64,000 nucleotides of DNA, taken from contig NEEC01000013.1 in NCBI GenBank assembly GCA_002189035.1, positions 372,001 through 436,000 on the forward strand, in the 5' to 3' direction. A program made the position numbers and the translations under genes. The DNA comes from Utricularia gibba. Lineage: Eukaryota > Plantae > Magnoliophyta. Under the pieces are notes generated by a model. That model saw only the letters and a list, made by a program, of their open reading frames with translations. It did not search any database and was not told the origin of the DNA. This document shows positions 25,506-37,924 of this stretch, one piece after another. Position 1 is the stretch's first letter, and each line of letters opens with the position of its first letter.

Positions 25506-28500
25506 CACACAAAAGTGTAGTATGAATGTTGACCTTAAGGAGTTAATTTTTGAGAGAAAGGTGAAGTTTAAATCAAGTACAAATTGTTACAATTTTATAA
25601 ACGAAGTTGCAAAGATGAATAGTGAAATTATTTTAAATGATGAAACTTGAGTAAAATAACTGTAAGGTAAATAATAGAAGCAAAATTAAATGATGAACCT
25701 TAAGTAAAATGATTGTTCATGAGATTAGAATCCTTCCCAACTATATTCGATGTGTCTCCACTCTTCTTTAGTTTTCTTAAGTATCTAGTTATAGGAACAA
25801 AGATGAGGTATAAGAATTGTCTCATATAGCTCCCTGTTGGATGAACAGAAAAATAAGAAGCCTAACTGTCGATTTTCTTCACAATCGATCACGTGTGTTT
25901 GCCGGAGTGTTACCAATAATCCAATGGTCCAAATACGATATCACAATCCATCTATTTTCTTGAAGTACGATCACAAATACAATACTATCTTCCTCAAATC
26001 TAAAACTCGTAGGTAGTGGCCAAGTACTCATGAAATTTGAATAGGGATTGTTCTAGAAAGATTGTAATGAATTCACATGGAGACATGCAAAACCCGATCA
26101 AATTTAGGGAAGAAGTGAAGAATTATTCATGAAAATATAGAAAGAGAAGTTTCTCAACCCACAAACGAAGGGTTTAGCTACGAACAGCTATACAAAACAT
26201 GAAACTGAACGTAAGTTCAAGATGAAGAATCAAGTATCAACTTAAAACTAGAAAGATGAAGTCTTCTTTTTGTCTATGGTTGCTAGCTCATAAGTTCTGC
26301 TACCACGTTTGTGTGCATTGCAAGGAATCTTTCTACTATACTAATACTACATGAATAAATCATTAATACTTTGTGTTATTCTAAAAATCATGCAGAATGT
26401 CTTTTTGAAAGGAATCTTGTTTGTCACCTTATGTTGCCTCTTTTTTCCACTTTATGCTATATGTACCCCTTTGGCCATACACACAAATACAACTAAATTC
26501 AAGAAAAAAAATAGATAAAATATAATAATAAATATAATTATCCTAATATAACTAGAATCTACAACTTATATTATAAACTTCTAATATGAAAATTTTAATC
26601 ACATTTAAATACAGAGAAAGACACAAAAGGTGATGATAAAATCACACTTAACATGTAGCTAAGAAAGATGCACTTATATGGCAAAAGAGCTTTTTATATG
26701 CTAATTTTTCATCCTTGAGCGACATGCCAAGGACCAATCAAGGCAAGGTCATGAGATGTGAGAAATTTTCCAAGTTCGTAAACTTACCAAACAAGCATTT
26801 GGTGAAAAACCTAGGCTACAACTCTCAAGTTGGCATTAATTCACAATAATGTGCGTGGACCCATGAATATAGGCACACCTACAAGTAACAAATATTTTTA
26901 ATATTTATAGACAATCATACTAGATATTACTGAATTTTTATTATGCCCATCACATTTGAAGAAAACGACTACTTTAAGATCTTCAAAACTTTGGTTGAAA
27001 ATATATCTAATTGAACAATGATGGCGAATATACAACACATAAACTTGCATAAATTTATGACCAAAAAGAGATAATTCATCACTTTACTACACCTCACATC
27101 ATTGAGCAAAACAGAGTAAGTGAAAAGAGAAATCATACTATAATAGAGATAGCAAGCGTATGCTATGTGAAAAAAAACACCTCTAGAATATTAGAGTGAA
27201 GTAGTAAATACAACCATTTATCTATTAAACAGACTACCAACAAAGGGGTTGACTGAAAATAAAATACCATATGAAATCTGGCATGAACAAACACTCAATA
27301 TGGAACACATTTTTGTATTTGGATGTGTATGTTTTATTCATGTTTCTAAAGAAAAGAGAAGAAAGTTGGATAAGAAAGCTTAACTAGGCATTCAGCTAGG
27401 ATACAATGACATCATTAAAGGATATAGAGTGCTAACATTACCTAGTATGAAATTAAGAATTACCAGGGATGTAGTTTTTGATAAATCCAAAACATAGTAC
27501 TGGAACTCAAGTAAAAACATAACAATGCATGATCAAAGAACAACCTTAGTTTTTTTTTTCCAGTTTTGCTCACAAAGGCTATTCACAAAGAGAAGGAATT
27601 GGTGACTTTGAGACATTTGCACTTATGGCAAGGTTAGATACAACTAAATTGTTGGTTGCATTAGCTGTCTCCGAAATTCGCATGTCTATCATCTTGATAT
27701 TAAATATGATATTCTAAATGGATAACTTAATGAGGAAATTTATTTGTCACATCCACTCAATTTTTTGAAAAAATGAAAAGAAGATAAAGTGCTATTATTT
27801 TAAAAGTCCCTATATGGTTTATAACAAGCTCCAATAGCACTGTATATTCGAATCGATTGTCATTTTCAGAAACAAGGATTTCAAAAAAATTCTAAATGAA
27901 AATACTTTATATGTACTAGAAATGGCGAAAGACTAATTAAAAAGCAAAAGGAGAGGCTTATGTGTAACTTTGAAATGTATGATCTTCAAAAAAATGAGAT
28001 TTTTTTGAATATGAAAGTAAAAAAAACTAAAGAGTAGCTTTTTTTTGTCACAAACAAAGTATTCGGAAGACTTAGTGAAAAGATTTGAACTTGACGATGG
28101 TAAACATGCATCAGTACCTACTTTACCAAATTGCAAACTTGTGGCTATTGATTCTGCTGTAGGAAAGATCATCTTTGATCCTAGAAATTTAGTGGAGGAA
28201 TCAATGTTCACAAGTATTATTGGAGCACTTATGTACCTCACAATGACTAGACTGAACATAGCATTTGTGGTAAGCTTAATATCAAGGTTGATGACTAAAC
28301 CACATCAAATCCATCTGGAAGGTGCCCTAAAAATTTTAAAATATGTTAGAAGTACTACAACCTATGGGTTATGTTTTTGGGGACATCATTGATCTCAAAT
28401 CCACAAGTGGATACCTATTCATGCTAGTTGATACAACAATTGCGTGGAATAGTAAAAAACAAAAAGTTATCACTTGACAATCAGCCAAACCAGAATACAT

Positions 28501-28787
28501 GGCAACTACAGCCATTGCTAACCATGCTATATGGTTGTAAAAGATCTTATCAGATTTAAAGATTGAAGTGCAGAAATCAATAACTCTTCGAATCGACAAC
28601 AAATCAGCAATCAATATGGCAAAAAACACAATTAAATTTTGGAGAAGGAAGCATATACACATGAAATTTCATGCACTTCAAGAATATGTTAGGAGCAAGT
28701 AGATTGAGCTTCAATATATACCTTCAAATGACCAGATTGCCAATTGATATTTTGTCAAAATTAGTAGTGTTCGTGTTCTTTTTTTAG

Positions 28788-29829
28788 TGTTAGGATGAGG
28801 ATTTAGATGAGTTAAAATAGGTAAAAAATTTAAAATTAGTGTTAATGAAATTAGTGTGTGCAAAAACATGTTTTAGGCCTATTTTGTATCTATCTGTTTG
28901 TTGTGGTGAACTTACTATTCATCTAGGCCCAAGAACGGCAAATAGGGAAAGGAAAGGTGAGCCTCCCCAACGCATGCAATAGGGGTAGGCATGATTAAGT
29001 AGAGACAGAGAACGAAGATTTCAAATGTTGAGAGAGATTTTCCGATGAGTTAAACTAGTTTTAGGGAAGAAGACGAATGAGGGAAAGTTCCACCATGATA
29101 GTGGAACTCACCTCTAGCACTGGGGGACCACAGAACAGAAGTCTATTTGTGTAATGAAGACGATGGAAGCAGTTCCAAAGTGACACTGGAACAACTCCAT
29201 CGCTCAAAACAACAATAGAGCACTAGGAACCTTCCTAGCAAATCCTTACAACCAGTCTGCACAAGAAGAGAAAGTTGACGCATGCTAGGATCTCACTAAA
29301 AAACTTGAACGGACATTTTACTTTCTGCATTTACTTTTATGAACATACTCGTATTTGACATTTCTAGCTTGAACGTTAACAATATTGCCTTGTTTACTTG
29401 CATAAACGTGATTTCCTATTGTTTTATTTACTGTTTTCAAGCATGAATTGAAATAGTGATTTGAGCAGATTTAATTTTCCCCTAAGCATGATTAACTTGA
29501 GGATTAAGATAAGAATTTACTCTTAAATTTTCAAAAGCACTGATTTACTCATCTCGCTACCTATCTTTAGTGTAGAAACCATTTTATGAATTTTTACTAA
29601 TTTCTTTAAAGTAAAAACTCATTTCCCAACGAGAACCCACTCAATTTAATCTCGTTTGTGTATAAGACATACAATTAAAAACCGTTTGCTCTCTGTAGAT
29701 TGACTTGAACTTGCCACAAATGCATTATTTTCTTTGAAAATGTGGTATAGAATGCTTGTTCAGTTTGATAAATATATTTTGATGGGGCAAAATAGAAAAA
29801 ATGAAAGAACAAGATAATTTCATCCTACA
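28788..29829 (+). mobile_element. LTR (family C, gypsy-like), no internal domain seen
   Basis: Terminal inverted repeats TGTTAGGATGA...TCATCCTACA; internal similarity to 38826-41190 (AAGACGATGGAAGCAG, TTTAGTGTAGAAA, AAAACCGTTTGCT). No TSD found. Confidence 0.65.
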
Positions 29830-29960
29830 CCAAATTTGGTTCATGAGTATGAATAATTTTAATGGGTAGAGATATACATTTGGTATGTTTGGTACGAGGG
29901 ATTATTAAAACTTAAAAAAAAACCTGAGATTTTCGTTATTAAAAAGAAAAAATAAATCCT

Positions 29961-31500
29961 AGTGGGGGAGGTGAGTAGAAATATTTTCCCGTAGCTAAAC
30001 CCAATAATGAATTCTTAATAAAACTAAACTAATTGATTATTTTACATTCAACCAAACGTGGCCTTAGGTAGAAGTAGTAACACTTGAAAAGAAGGAAAAA
30101 TTATCAAATGTGAGAAGATGAAAGTTTGTCAACAACCAACAAGCTGAAAGAAAGAGATATGATATACAAAATCTAATAACATGGCAAGAAGGATAAAAAA
30201 TATATTTTCCACTTATGCAAAGATGAAAAGAAAAAAGAAAGACAAAGGGATTTTGAAGTGTAAAACCAGGACACAAGAGAGACCTCAAACCAAACTCCTA
30301 GAGGAGGGAAGAAAACTCAGAATTAAGAAAACGAAGGGAATGCTACTAGTCGAAATATTGAAATCGGTTCTAGGATTTGTTTCTTTTAGATAAGAATAGT
30401 ATTATTGATAAGCAATTTTATATCACTTATACTTATGTTTTTTAAGACTCGATTGGGTTAGTTTTGTATTTTTTTTTTAGATCAAGTTTATAACTATTAT
30501 ACCACTTTAATATTTTTGGAGGTAAAGTGTGCTTTGTGATTTTTCAACAGAATTTTTGCCTAATTTGGAGGTAATTCAAGCTGACCTTGGTGAAGTCAAC
30601 GATTTGATATATCTGAATGAAAACTCGATCAAAGATTTTCAGATAAAATAAGATTCACATCTTATCTTGGAAGATTTGAATCTTAAGTTAAAAAATTTGC
30701 ATCTAATCTTAGAAGATTCAAATAAAAAATTTTATACAAGCTCATCAAGAAAGCCCAACAAATCCTTGCCATTATATAAACACTAGAGTTTGAAAACCGG
30801 AGGAGAGTTAGTTTGGATGTAGAATCGAGTCCAACATATTTTGGATTTTTTTCCTTTTGTTTTTCATTAACTTTTGTGTTTTAGAGTCAAGCATGCAAAT
30901 GTGAGCGCTTGTGGCTAAGGATATAAAGTAAAGTCTTGTTTGCACAAATTCAGCACGTGTAACTATCTCACTATGGTCTTTAGCATTAATTTGACGTTTG
31001 ATTCTGTTTTTTACAATGTTTCTTCATTTCAAGTCCAACTTGGTTGATCATATGTGTTCTTTTATTATCAAATCTGAACAGATGCATGATGGAAAATGAT
31101 TAGTACACATAACTTAAGAAACCTAATTTAAAGTTAGATCAAAGAGTTATGATGTGTTTAATAGGCAAGGTTTTTAGGTAAAGATTAATAGGATCAAATA
31201 GACTTATTCCTATATACGGTGTAAATTGGTGGACTTAAGTGTAGGAAGATTTAGGAAACTTTGAAAATGTAAAACCGAAAATTCAAGAATGAAACGTGGG
31301 TAGACTTGAGGCTTCATTGTTATGAGTATTTTAAGAAGGTTAAGACAAGAACTTAAGTGAGCATATCACGTTTGGAATCTTGAAGCATTGCATTAGTATA
31401 TCTTGAATTAAAATTACGACCTACGATCTCTTTATCTTTATTTTAGCAATCGTTTTTAAATCCATACTAGTCTTAGCTAAAACTTCAAATTGATTTAAAA
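29961..31500 (+). repeat. Polypurine tract AGTGGGGGAG followed by a degenerate LTR-like sequence
   Basis: PPT-like tract at 29961-29970 then TG at 29972; TATA-like TATATAAA about 30773; similarity to 6770-7050. Ends uncertain. Confidence 0.35.
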
Positions 31501-31559
31501 ATCAGAATACATGAACTTTTGTACAACAAGCACTAAGTTCCTTTTATTCAGCCTCAAAG

Positions 31560-33136
31560 CACTATACATCTTTGTGAAATTGGTTGTTTAATGTGCACTA
31601 GGACTACATAATATTTTATTTGATTCCAAATGTTTATCAATTTGCAAGTGACACAGTCATATTTTTTTTTTTGTAAGCGACAATTTCTTATCATCAATTG
31701 TGCCAACTTTCTTTGAATTATGATGATATAATAAGTCATTTTTTCATTGGGTATTTGGCGAATGATCTCAAAATCTAAGTGTATGCAATCTCACATTTTT
31801 CACCCTTACAACCCCTAAAAAAAAGCCATGAGAGCATCTCACACTTTTTGGTGAAGTAGAGGCATTTTTAGCATTATTATTAGCAATCTCATTGGTATTC
31901 CATCATCTTTTGCCATGTCCCTTGGAAGAATTGCATTCCCTTGCACAACTTTGAGGGTGTTTATCATTATCAAAGGTCTTGACTTGTAGAAGCTATATAA
32001 CGAGTGCATCATTTCTCATAAGATTAGAAGAACCCACTCAATTCATCAGGTAATAATTCATCAAGATCATTCACTTTCTCTGTATCAATTGCCACATGAT
32101 AGTAATTTTTTTTATCTACAGAATGTAAAATTTTCTAAATAATGCAAATTTCATCAACTTCTCTCCAAGATGATTTATATGATTTGTCATTCTTTGAATT
32201 CTAATGATATAGTCAATCATTTGTGGATCAGATGTTTGTTGAATGATCTCAAAACTCCTTTCTAAGTGTTTGCAATCTCACATTGTCTGCCCTAATAGGA
32301 AAAAAGCCACGAGTTCATCTCATACTTCACTTGAATTTGTGGTAAATGCAACTTTCTCAAACAAACTTTTCATCCAAGGCATGCTAAATCAACCATAAGG
32401 TCTTCTTGTTCCTAAATACATGTGTTTCTAGTTGTCGTTATGCCATCAATAAAGACATCTAGAACTTCATATGCTCCAAATAGAGTCCTCGTGTGTAGCC
32501 AATGTTTGAAATTATCTTTCGTGGGGAGAAATATAGGAACCAAGGCATCATTTGACACTGCTCAGGATAAGTTATAGATTGCTCTGATACCAATTTGTTA
32601 AAAGTATTACAAAGCTTCTTCTATTAGTCTATATAATAGAACAAGGATCAAATAAAGAAACCAAAGAACCACTATGGATTGATGCAACTAAAGTAGAGAA
32701 CAATTGAATTGATGCTAATTTTCATACAAAAGAACACACTATACATATTAAATAAATTACTAATTCTATTCATGATAACTACACAACAGTTCTCTCTTAT
32801 TATAATCAGCGAAACCTCCATCATGAGCCCATTTGGTTGTTACATTTCTCTCATTTGCATTGTTGACCCCTTCCTTTCCTTCCCAGGGAAAGTATGCCAC
32901 CAGGTTGTACAAGAATTGAGTCCACGGACATGGAATGTTGGCCAAAATACCTGGTTGTAGGTGAGTCTCAGTATGGGTCCATGGTGATAATGGCTGGGTG
33001 AGGGACGTTAGTATATGCATTATTGAATTCGAGCGGTACATAAATAGGGGCCAGTTATGATTTTTTCATAGCAATCCATAACATTTTAATAGTGCATTTC
33101 CTTTGATCCTTTTTTTTATATATGGAGATGTCAACA
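31560..33136 (-). mobile_element. Truncated Ty1/copia 5' end: LTR 33136-32596, tRNA-iMet PBS 32592-32581, degenerate gag
   Basis: Minus strand TGTTGAC...TTTAACA then TGGTATCAGAGC (canonical Met PBS); gag-like translation KDNFKHW...LFGAYEVLDVF downstream. Confidence 0.8.
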
Positions 33137-34052
33137 ATCATTTGATTTTACATTACATCATGATTTAATTATTTTTAAGTGAAAAATTTTATTAAATTAA
33201 CTTCTTTTAGAAGTTAGATCGATATAAATCTAAATTTTAAATCCTTAATCATCTTACTATGAAATTAGCATTATGTAAAACTATCATATTATTATTGAAT
33301 TATATTTAAATTTTAGTATTAACCCTAAATGGAAATATTGAATTTGCATATTTAAACCCAGACCACCTAACTAAGCCGCCCGGGTGGACCGGACCTGCCA
33401 GCGAAACGGGTGCTAACCCCACGACGATTATAAATATAGCTTCATAGTGTAGAAGGTTTTTACTCTAAATTTTAATGCATGTTGTTTTATTAAACACAAG
33501 TATATTTTTAGGGTTTTGTTTTGTATTCCCAATTGCGATAGCCTTCTCGTGATGATCAAAATGGATTGGGCCGGGCTTTGATGGGAGTGGGTCAAGCTCC
33601 GGTTCATTCGACCAAAGAAAGGGATCCGGCGGGCAGAGTGTGGTGATAGCAGAAGCCCTATTTTAGGTTTGGAATTTTCATGGTTTGACCGACTGCAGGC
33701 ACTGGCAGCAATTAATTAATAATCAATGAAAAATGATGATGATTGGCACCATAAGATATCATCGATCCCTTTATTAAATCTTTGAAATGAATTTCTAAAA
33801 TGTGCGCCGGATGTCTCGAATCATGAAAATGAATTTTTAAAAGTCAAATCAGTGACGGAGGAGGGGAGTTAGTTCCGCATGCTTCCTCATATGTCACGGT
33901 TTGCAAATTGCGGGAGCTGAAAAATGGTTTCTTGGAAAGCAAGACGGGGGAGGGGCAACCAGAATCTTCTGCTCGCTCCCCATAAATTCGTTTCTCCATC
34001 GCCCTCTTTCAAACGCCTCGCCCCTTACAGTTTTTTCTCCGTTTGACCAAAT

Positions 34053-35285
34053 ATGCCCACTATTTCGCCGGCGCCGTTGATGAATTTGGTTGAGCACAGA
34101 CCCGGGGATTCCTCGCTCTGCGTCGAAAAGCGGAACCCCGATTCCGAAAACGGAGTTCCCAGCGCCCGGCACTTGTATATTGCGCCAGCTTTGTACACGA
34201 CTCCGAAGCAAGCTCCCATACCGGAATCTTTCTCCACAGACCGGGCGTTGGTTTCTCCTTACCTTGTGAATCACAAGTCCCGTCGTGGATTGGGAGTTGA
34301 CCCTTCTCAACCTTCCGATATGGGGGAGGAGAAGGTGGTTAACGATTTTGGGAACGATGAATTTGATGGCGAGAACGATGACTTCAGGTCTGTTGACGCC
34401 AGGAGTGAAGCCAGTGTCATGGGTGCAGCTGAATCTTTTTCCTTTGGTCGGATTGATAGCAGTTCTGCTTCTGGTTTCGGAGAATTCATAGATGCCAACG
34501 AAGGTGCTGACCTTTTTGCCTTTTTACTTACCTTGTCGTTTGGTTCTGAATCCCCCCTTTTTTTTTCATGACTGATATCTTTTCTGGAAATAGACTTCTC
34601 CGAAGATGGGTCTGTTTCGAATTCGCCTCTTCGAAGGCATAATCTGGAAGAAGTTTTGCATTCCACTAGACTGAATGTTGTGGAGGAAATGGAGAGAAGA
34701 AAGGCTGCAGAGGAAACGGTGATGTTGATGAGGAGTCAATGGGAGAGGATACGTGGCTTGTTTTCTGAGGCTGGTCTGACTTTCCCTGCTCCCCCGGCCT
34801 CCATCGACACGGAAAATGACAGCAGCTGCATCGACCAGTTACTGCAGGAACTTGTTGTCTCCAGATGTGTTGCAGCCGCAGTTGCAGGAGGCCTTGCGCG
34901 TGCTGAAACCGAACAAGTGTTTTCCGCCATCATCCAGTCCAAAGATCAAGAGATTCAGCGATTACATGGCCGCCTTCAGTACTACGAAACGGTGAACCAC
35001 GAAATGTCGCAGAGGAAGCTCGTCGGTTAGTAGTGAAATCAAGCATCTTGAACCTTCATCTTCATCCATCTGATGCTTGCTTTGTTCATTCAACCAATCG
35101 CAGAGGCCGCACGTAGACAACAGCAGAAGAAGAGGAACCGAAGACTATGGATGTGGAGTGTGATGGGGCTTTCGGTTGTCGCCGTGGGAGCTTCATTTGT
35201 GGCAGCATATGCGTATACTTCTTCTACTCCAAATGAATCATCTCCATCAGGCAACGAGCTCAGCATCACAGAAGAGAAGCTGTAG
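34053..35285 (+). CDS. Uncharacterised coiled-coil protein with C-terminal TM segment, At3g50910/At5g66480-like, about 354 aa; exons 34053-34503, 34594-35025, 35104-35285
   Basis: Motifs APALYTTP, SPYLVNHKSRRG, EFIDANEDFS, EMERRKAAEE...QWERI, RLQYYETVNHEMSQR and RRLWMWSVMGLSVVAVG match the recalled family pattern. Two GT-AG introns in consistent phase join three ORF-track ORFs. Confidence 0.85.
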
Positions 35286-35589
35286 CTTTCTTACTGTGAG
35301 ACCAATTTTCTTCCATCGATGTTTTATCTGCAAGTCACACGTTGATGGATAAACACGCTTTTTCTTGACTTGGGCCATTCATGATGATGAAGGTTTCAGT
35401 CGGTAGTTATCAACTGCCGTGGGCCGCCGGCGCCGGCAGAGAGAAGGGAAGGCAACAAAGCAAAGAATTACATTAGGTGAAACCAAGAGAAACTAGACAC
35501 AGCCCTTGCATACGATACCAACAATAGAAGAAAACAATGAAGCGCAAAAAACACTCGTATCTCCGGGCAGTGCAACCACTAAGACATAC

Positions 35590-37924
35590 CTACTGCGGTT
35601 CCTTGTTTTCCTCCAGTTGATTTGCTGCGCTGTTTTCTTCTACCTTAATCGCTTCCTTTCTGATGCTCTCGTCCATTCCCAGCACGTCGTCCATCATATC
35701 ATCCAGGGTGGCATTAATGTCCTCCACATCATCCTCGTCTTCGTTGCTCTGATCTGGGATTTTTCTTGTTTTTGGTCCGTGCTCAAGCTGATGAGTCTCC
35801 AATTCCTTGTCCATTGTCTCTTGCAAATTGGCGACTGCGTTGCTGTTTGGTCGCCTTCCCTTTCTCCCGTTTTGCCACTTCTCGAGCTCCTTGTCTACAT
35901 TACCAATGTACTGCTCACTAATTTGACTCTGATAATGTGTTAGTTCCTCTCTTCTAGCAGCTTTCCATTCTTCAAATATCTGAAAGCAAATGCCACGAAT
36001 ATTAAATGTCATTGAGACAAGAAAATCGTCAAAGGGTTCCTGATATTCTCTGTTCATCCCAATTTCAAGTTGTCAGACATGCAGAATAGTCAATGATTAA
36101 TGATGAAATAACTCACCTTGCCTTTCTCCTGATTAGACAGAGTAGGTTTTTCATCCAGAGGTTTTGCGAACATGTAAAAAATTGGAGGTTTTGCCTGGGT
36201 CCTAAAATACGAGCAAAACAAAGAAAAAAAAACTTGTTTTAGGCGCCGGCAAACTAGATTCAGATGATCAACCTAGACTCAAAGTATGCAATGTCATATT
36301 GCACATTCCAAAATTCTGCACATAAGTGAGCACTTATCTTGAAGTCTATTAAATTGCGAATAGGGACACTTTGGACCAAAATTAGAAATAACCTGCCAAG
36401 CATGACAGGAAAACTGACGACATCAGTTATCAGTACAAGTAAAGGTGTACTTTACCGGCCTACACATAAAGGAGTACCTTACGAAATTTCCTAGTTTTCT
36501 GTGGTGTTCACTCCAACGAAGAAACAGCAGATCCAGCTTTTTTTCCTCGGCCTTGGCTGCAGTACGGGCTCTAAGGATCTAATGTTTGAACCACAAGAGA
36601 AAAGCCCAATGCCTGGGGTGAAACTTTTTGTGTTCGTACTAGAGTATCTAAAACTGATTCATTAGGAGGTTAATATACCAGGTCTCTCTTCCGCTTTTCT
36701 GCAATCTGCTCACGCTCTTGCTGCCGTAGCTTTTCACGTTCTTCCCGAGCTCGCCGTTCAGCCTATACAGATGCAATCCAGGAATACAGAATCAATTACA
36801 GCTATGAATGAGAAAGGCAGAATGCATTTAAATAATCAGGTGTGTGAATTTCTATTGCATGTCTAGGAATACAAAAAAAAAAAAAAAGAAATCTTAAGAG
36901 GTACACTGATCTGATCGCTCACCCTTTTCAAAGAATCTGATCTCTTCATGTACGCCTCTGTGGATGCCAGCTGCATGTCTTCCTTCCTAAATCTCTGAAA
37001 ATGAGATACAAAGGCAAAATATTAGGCGAAAGCAACCAAACATCCTTTCACGCTCATGAAAAAAGGCCTTGCTTCCCAAGAAGCTGTCCAAGCATTCTCT
37101 TATTTCTGATAACCAACTTCGGGTCTTCATTCTTAGGAAACACCCGTGGCACAGGTTCCGCGGGAAGAGCATCAAAATCCTACAAAAGGAGAAGCAGAGC
37201 CCAGTAAAAATTAAAATCCGGCTCATACTTCCCTTACTCAGATCTTATTTAGATAAAAACAGGCATTACCATCTTAGACGGCCTTTGGAGTCCAAAGCTT
37301 CCCCGGACCTCCCCAGCAGTGCCCTCTCTGGCTTCATCAGCATCCTTATCATGCACATCAGCTACCGTTTCACTGCCACCATCTGCTATTTCTCCGTCTT
37401 CCACCTTCAATCCGACAATGGGAATGAGAAAAGTTATGTCATCCAAATGTACGAACGTATTGAAAAGTGCGTGGAAACATCCATACCTTGACAACAGCTG
37501 AAGAAAGTCGCCTCTTTGCTGGTGGCTGGTCTTCTGCATCGTTTCTCTCCGCCTTCATATTTTAATAAACTTCCCTTAGGTACATGAAAAACAAAATACG
37601 AGATTTTTTTTGTCGAGATGACATTATATCAGATGTCAAGGATAAAGAAGTTCACAGGTCGAATGAAACCACGGCCGCGGCCACCGTTGGCTGGGAAATT
37701 GCGAGGACCAGCTCCCCCAAAGCCTCCGCGACGAACACCACGCGGATCACGGAGTCGAACAGTAATCTAATACATAAATATCAACGAGCATGCACAAGGA
37801 ATAAGTCTTGTGTTCGACAGCATTGATAGATAGAACCAAAAAGTGTACAATTTACCTCTCGCTGCTGGCGATAGAGCTCGTCAATCTCTTGGCGGAGCTC
37901 TTCCTCCGCCTTCTCCGCAACCAT
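35590..37924 (-). CDS. PNN: Pinin/SDK/memA-domain splicing-associated protein (At1g15200-like), 10 exons: 37924-37856, 37766-37656, 37552-37487, 37404-37270, 37179-~37073, ~36994-36923, 36762-36679, 36578-36478, 36201-36117, 35979-35590; intron 5 donor non-canonical or damaged
   Basis: MVAEKAEEELRQEIDELYRQQRE-ITVRLRDPRG; DQPPAKRRLSSAVVKVEDGEI; RNKRMLGQLLG; RFRKEDMQL; AERRAREE; LFLRWSEHH; EWKAARREEL; LQETMDKELETHQLEHGPKTRKIP. Eight of nine introns are GT-AG and in phase. Confidence 0.9.

Larger units (their letters stand above)
17580..28760 (+). mobile_element. One Ty1/copia element split by nested insertions (gag 17580-18170; gag end/protease 23330-24100; integrase-RT-RNase H 26600-28760)
   Basis: Collinear plus-strand remnants: PPIFNAKRDYDAWTKKM...LDLWDLFEED (gag), LIDSGCNNHIT (protease), integrase-like segment about 26860-27200, HLDIK...LNEEIY and ORF 28045-28392 IIGALMYLTMTRLNIAFVVSLISR (RT), RNase H to about 28750. 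That all pieces belong to one element is inferred from order and strand. Confidence 0.7.
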
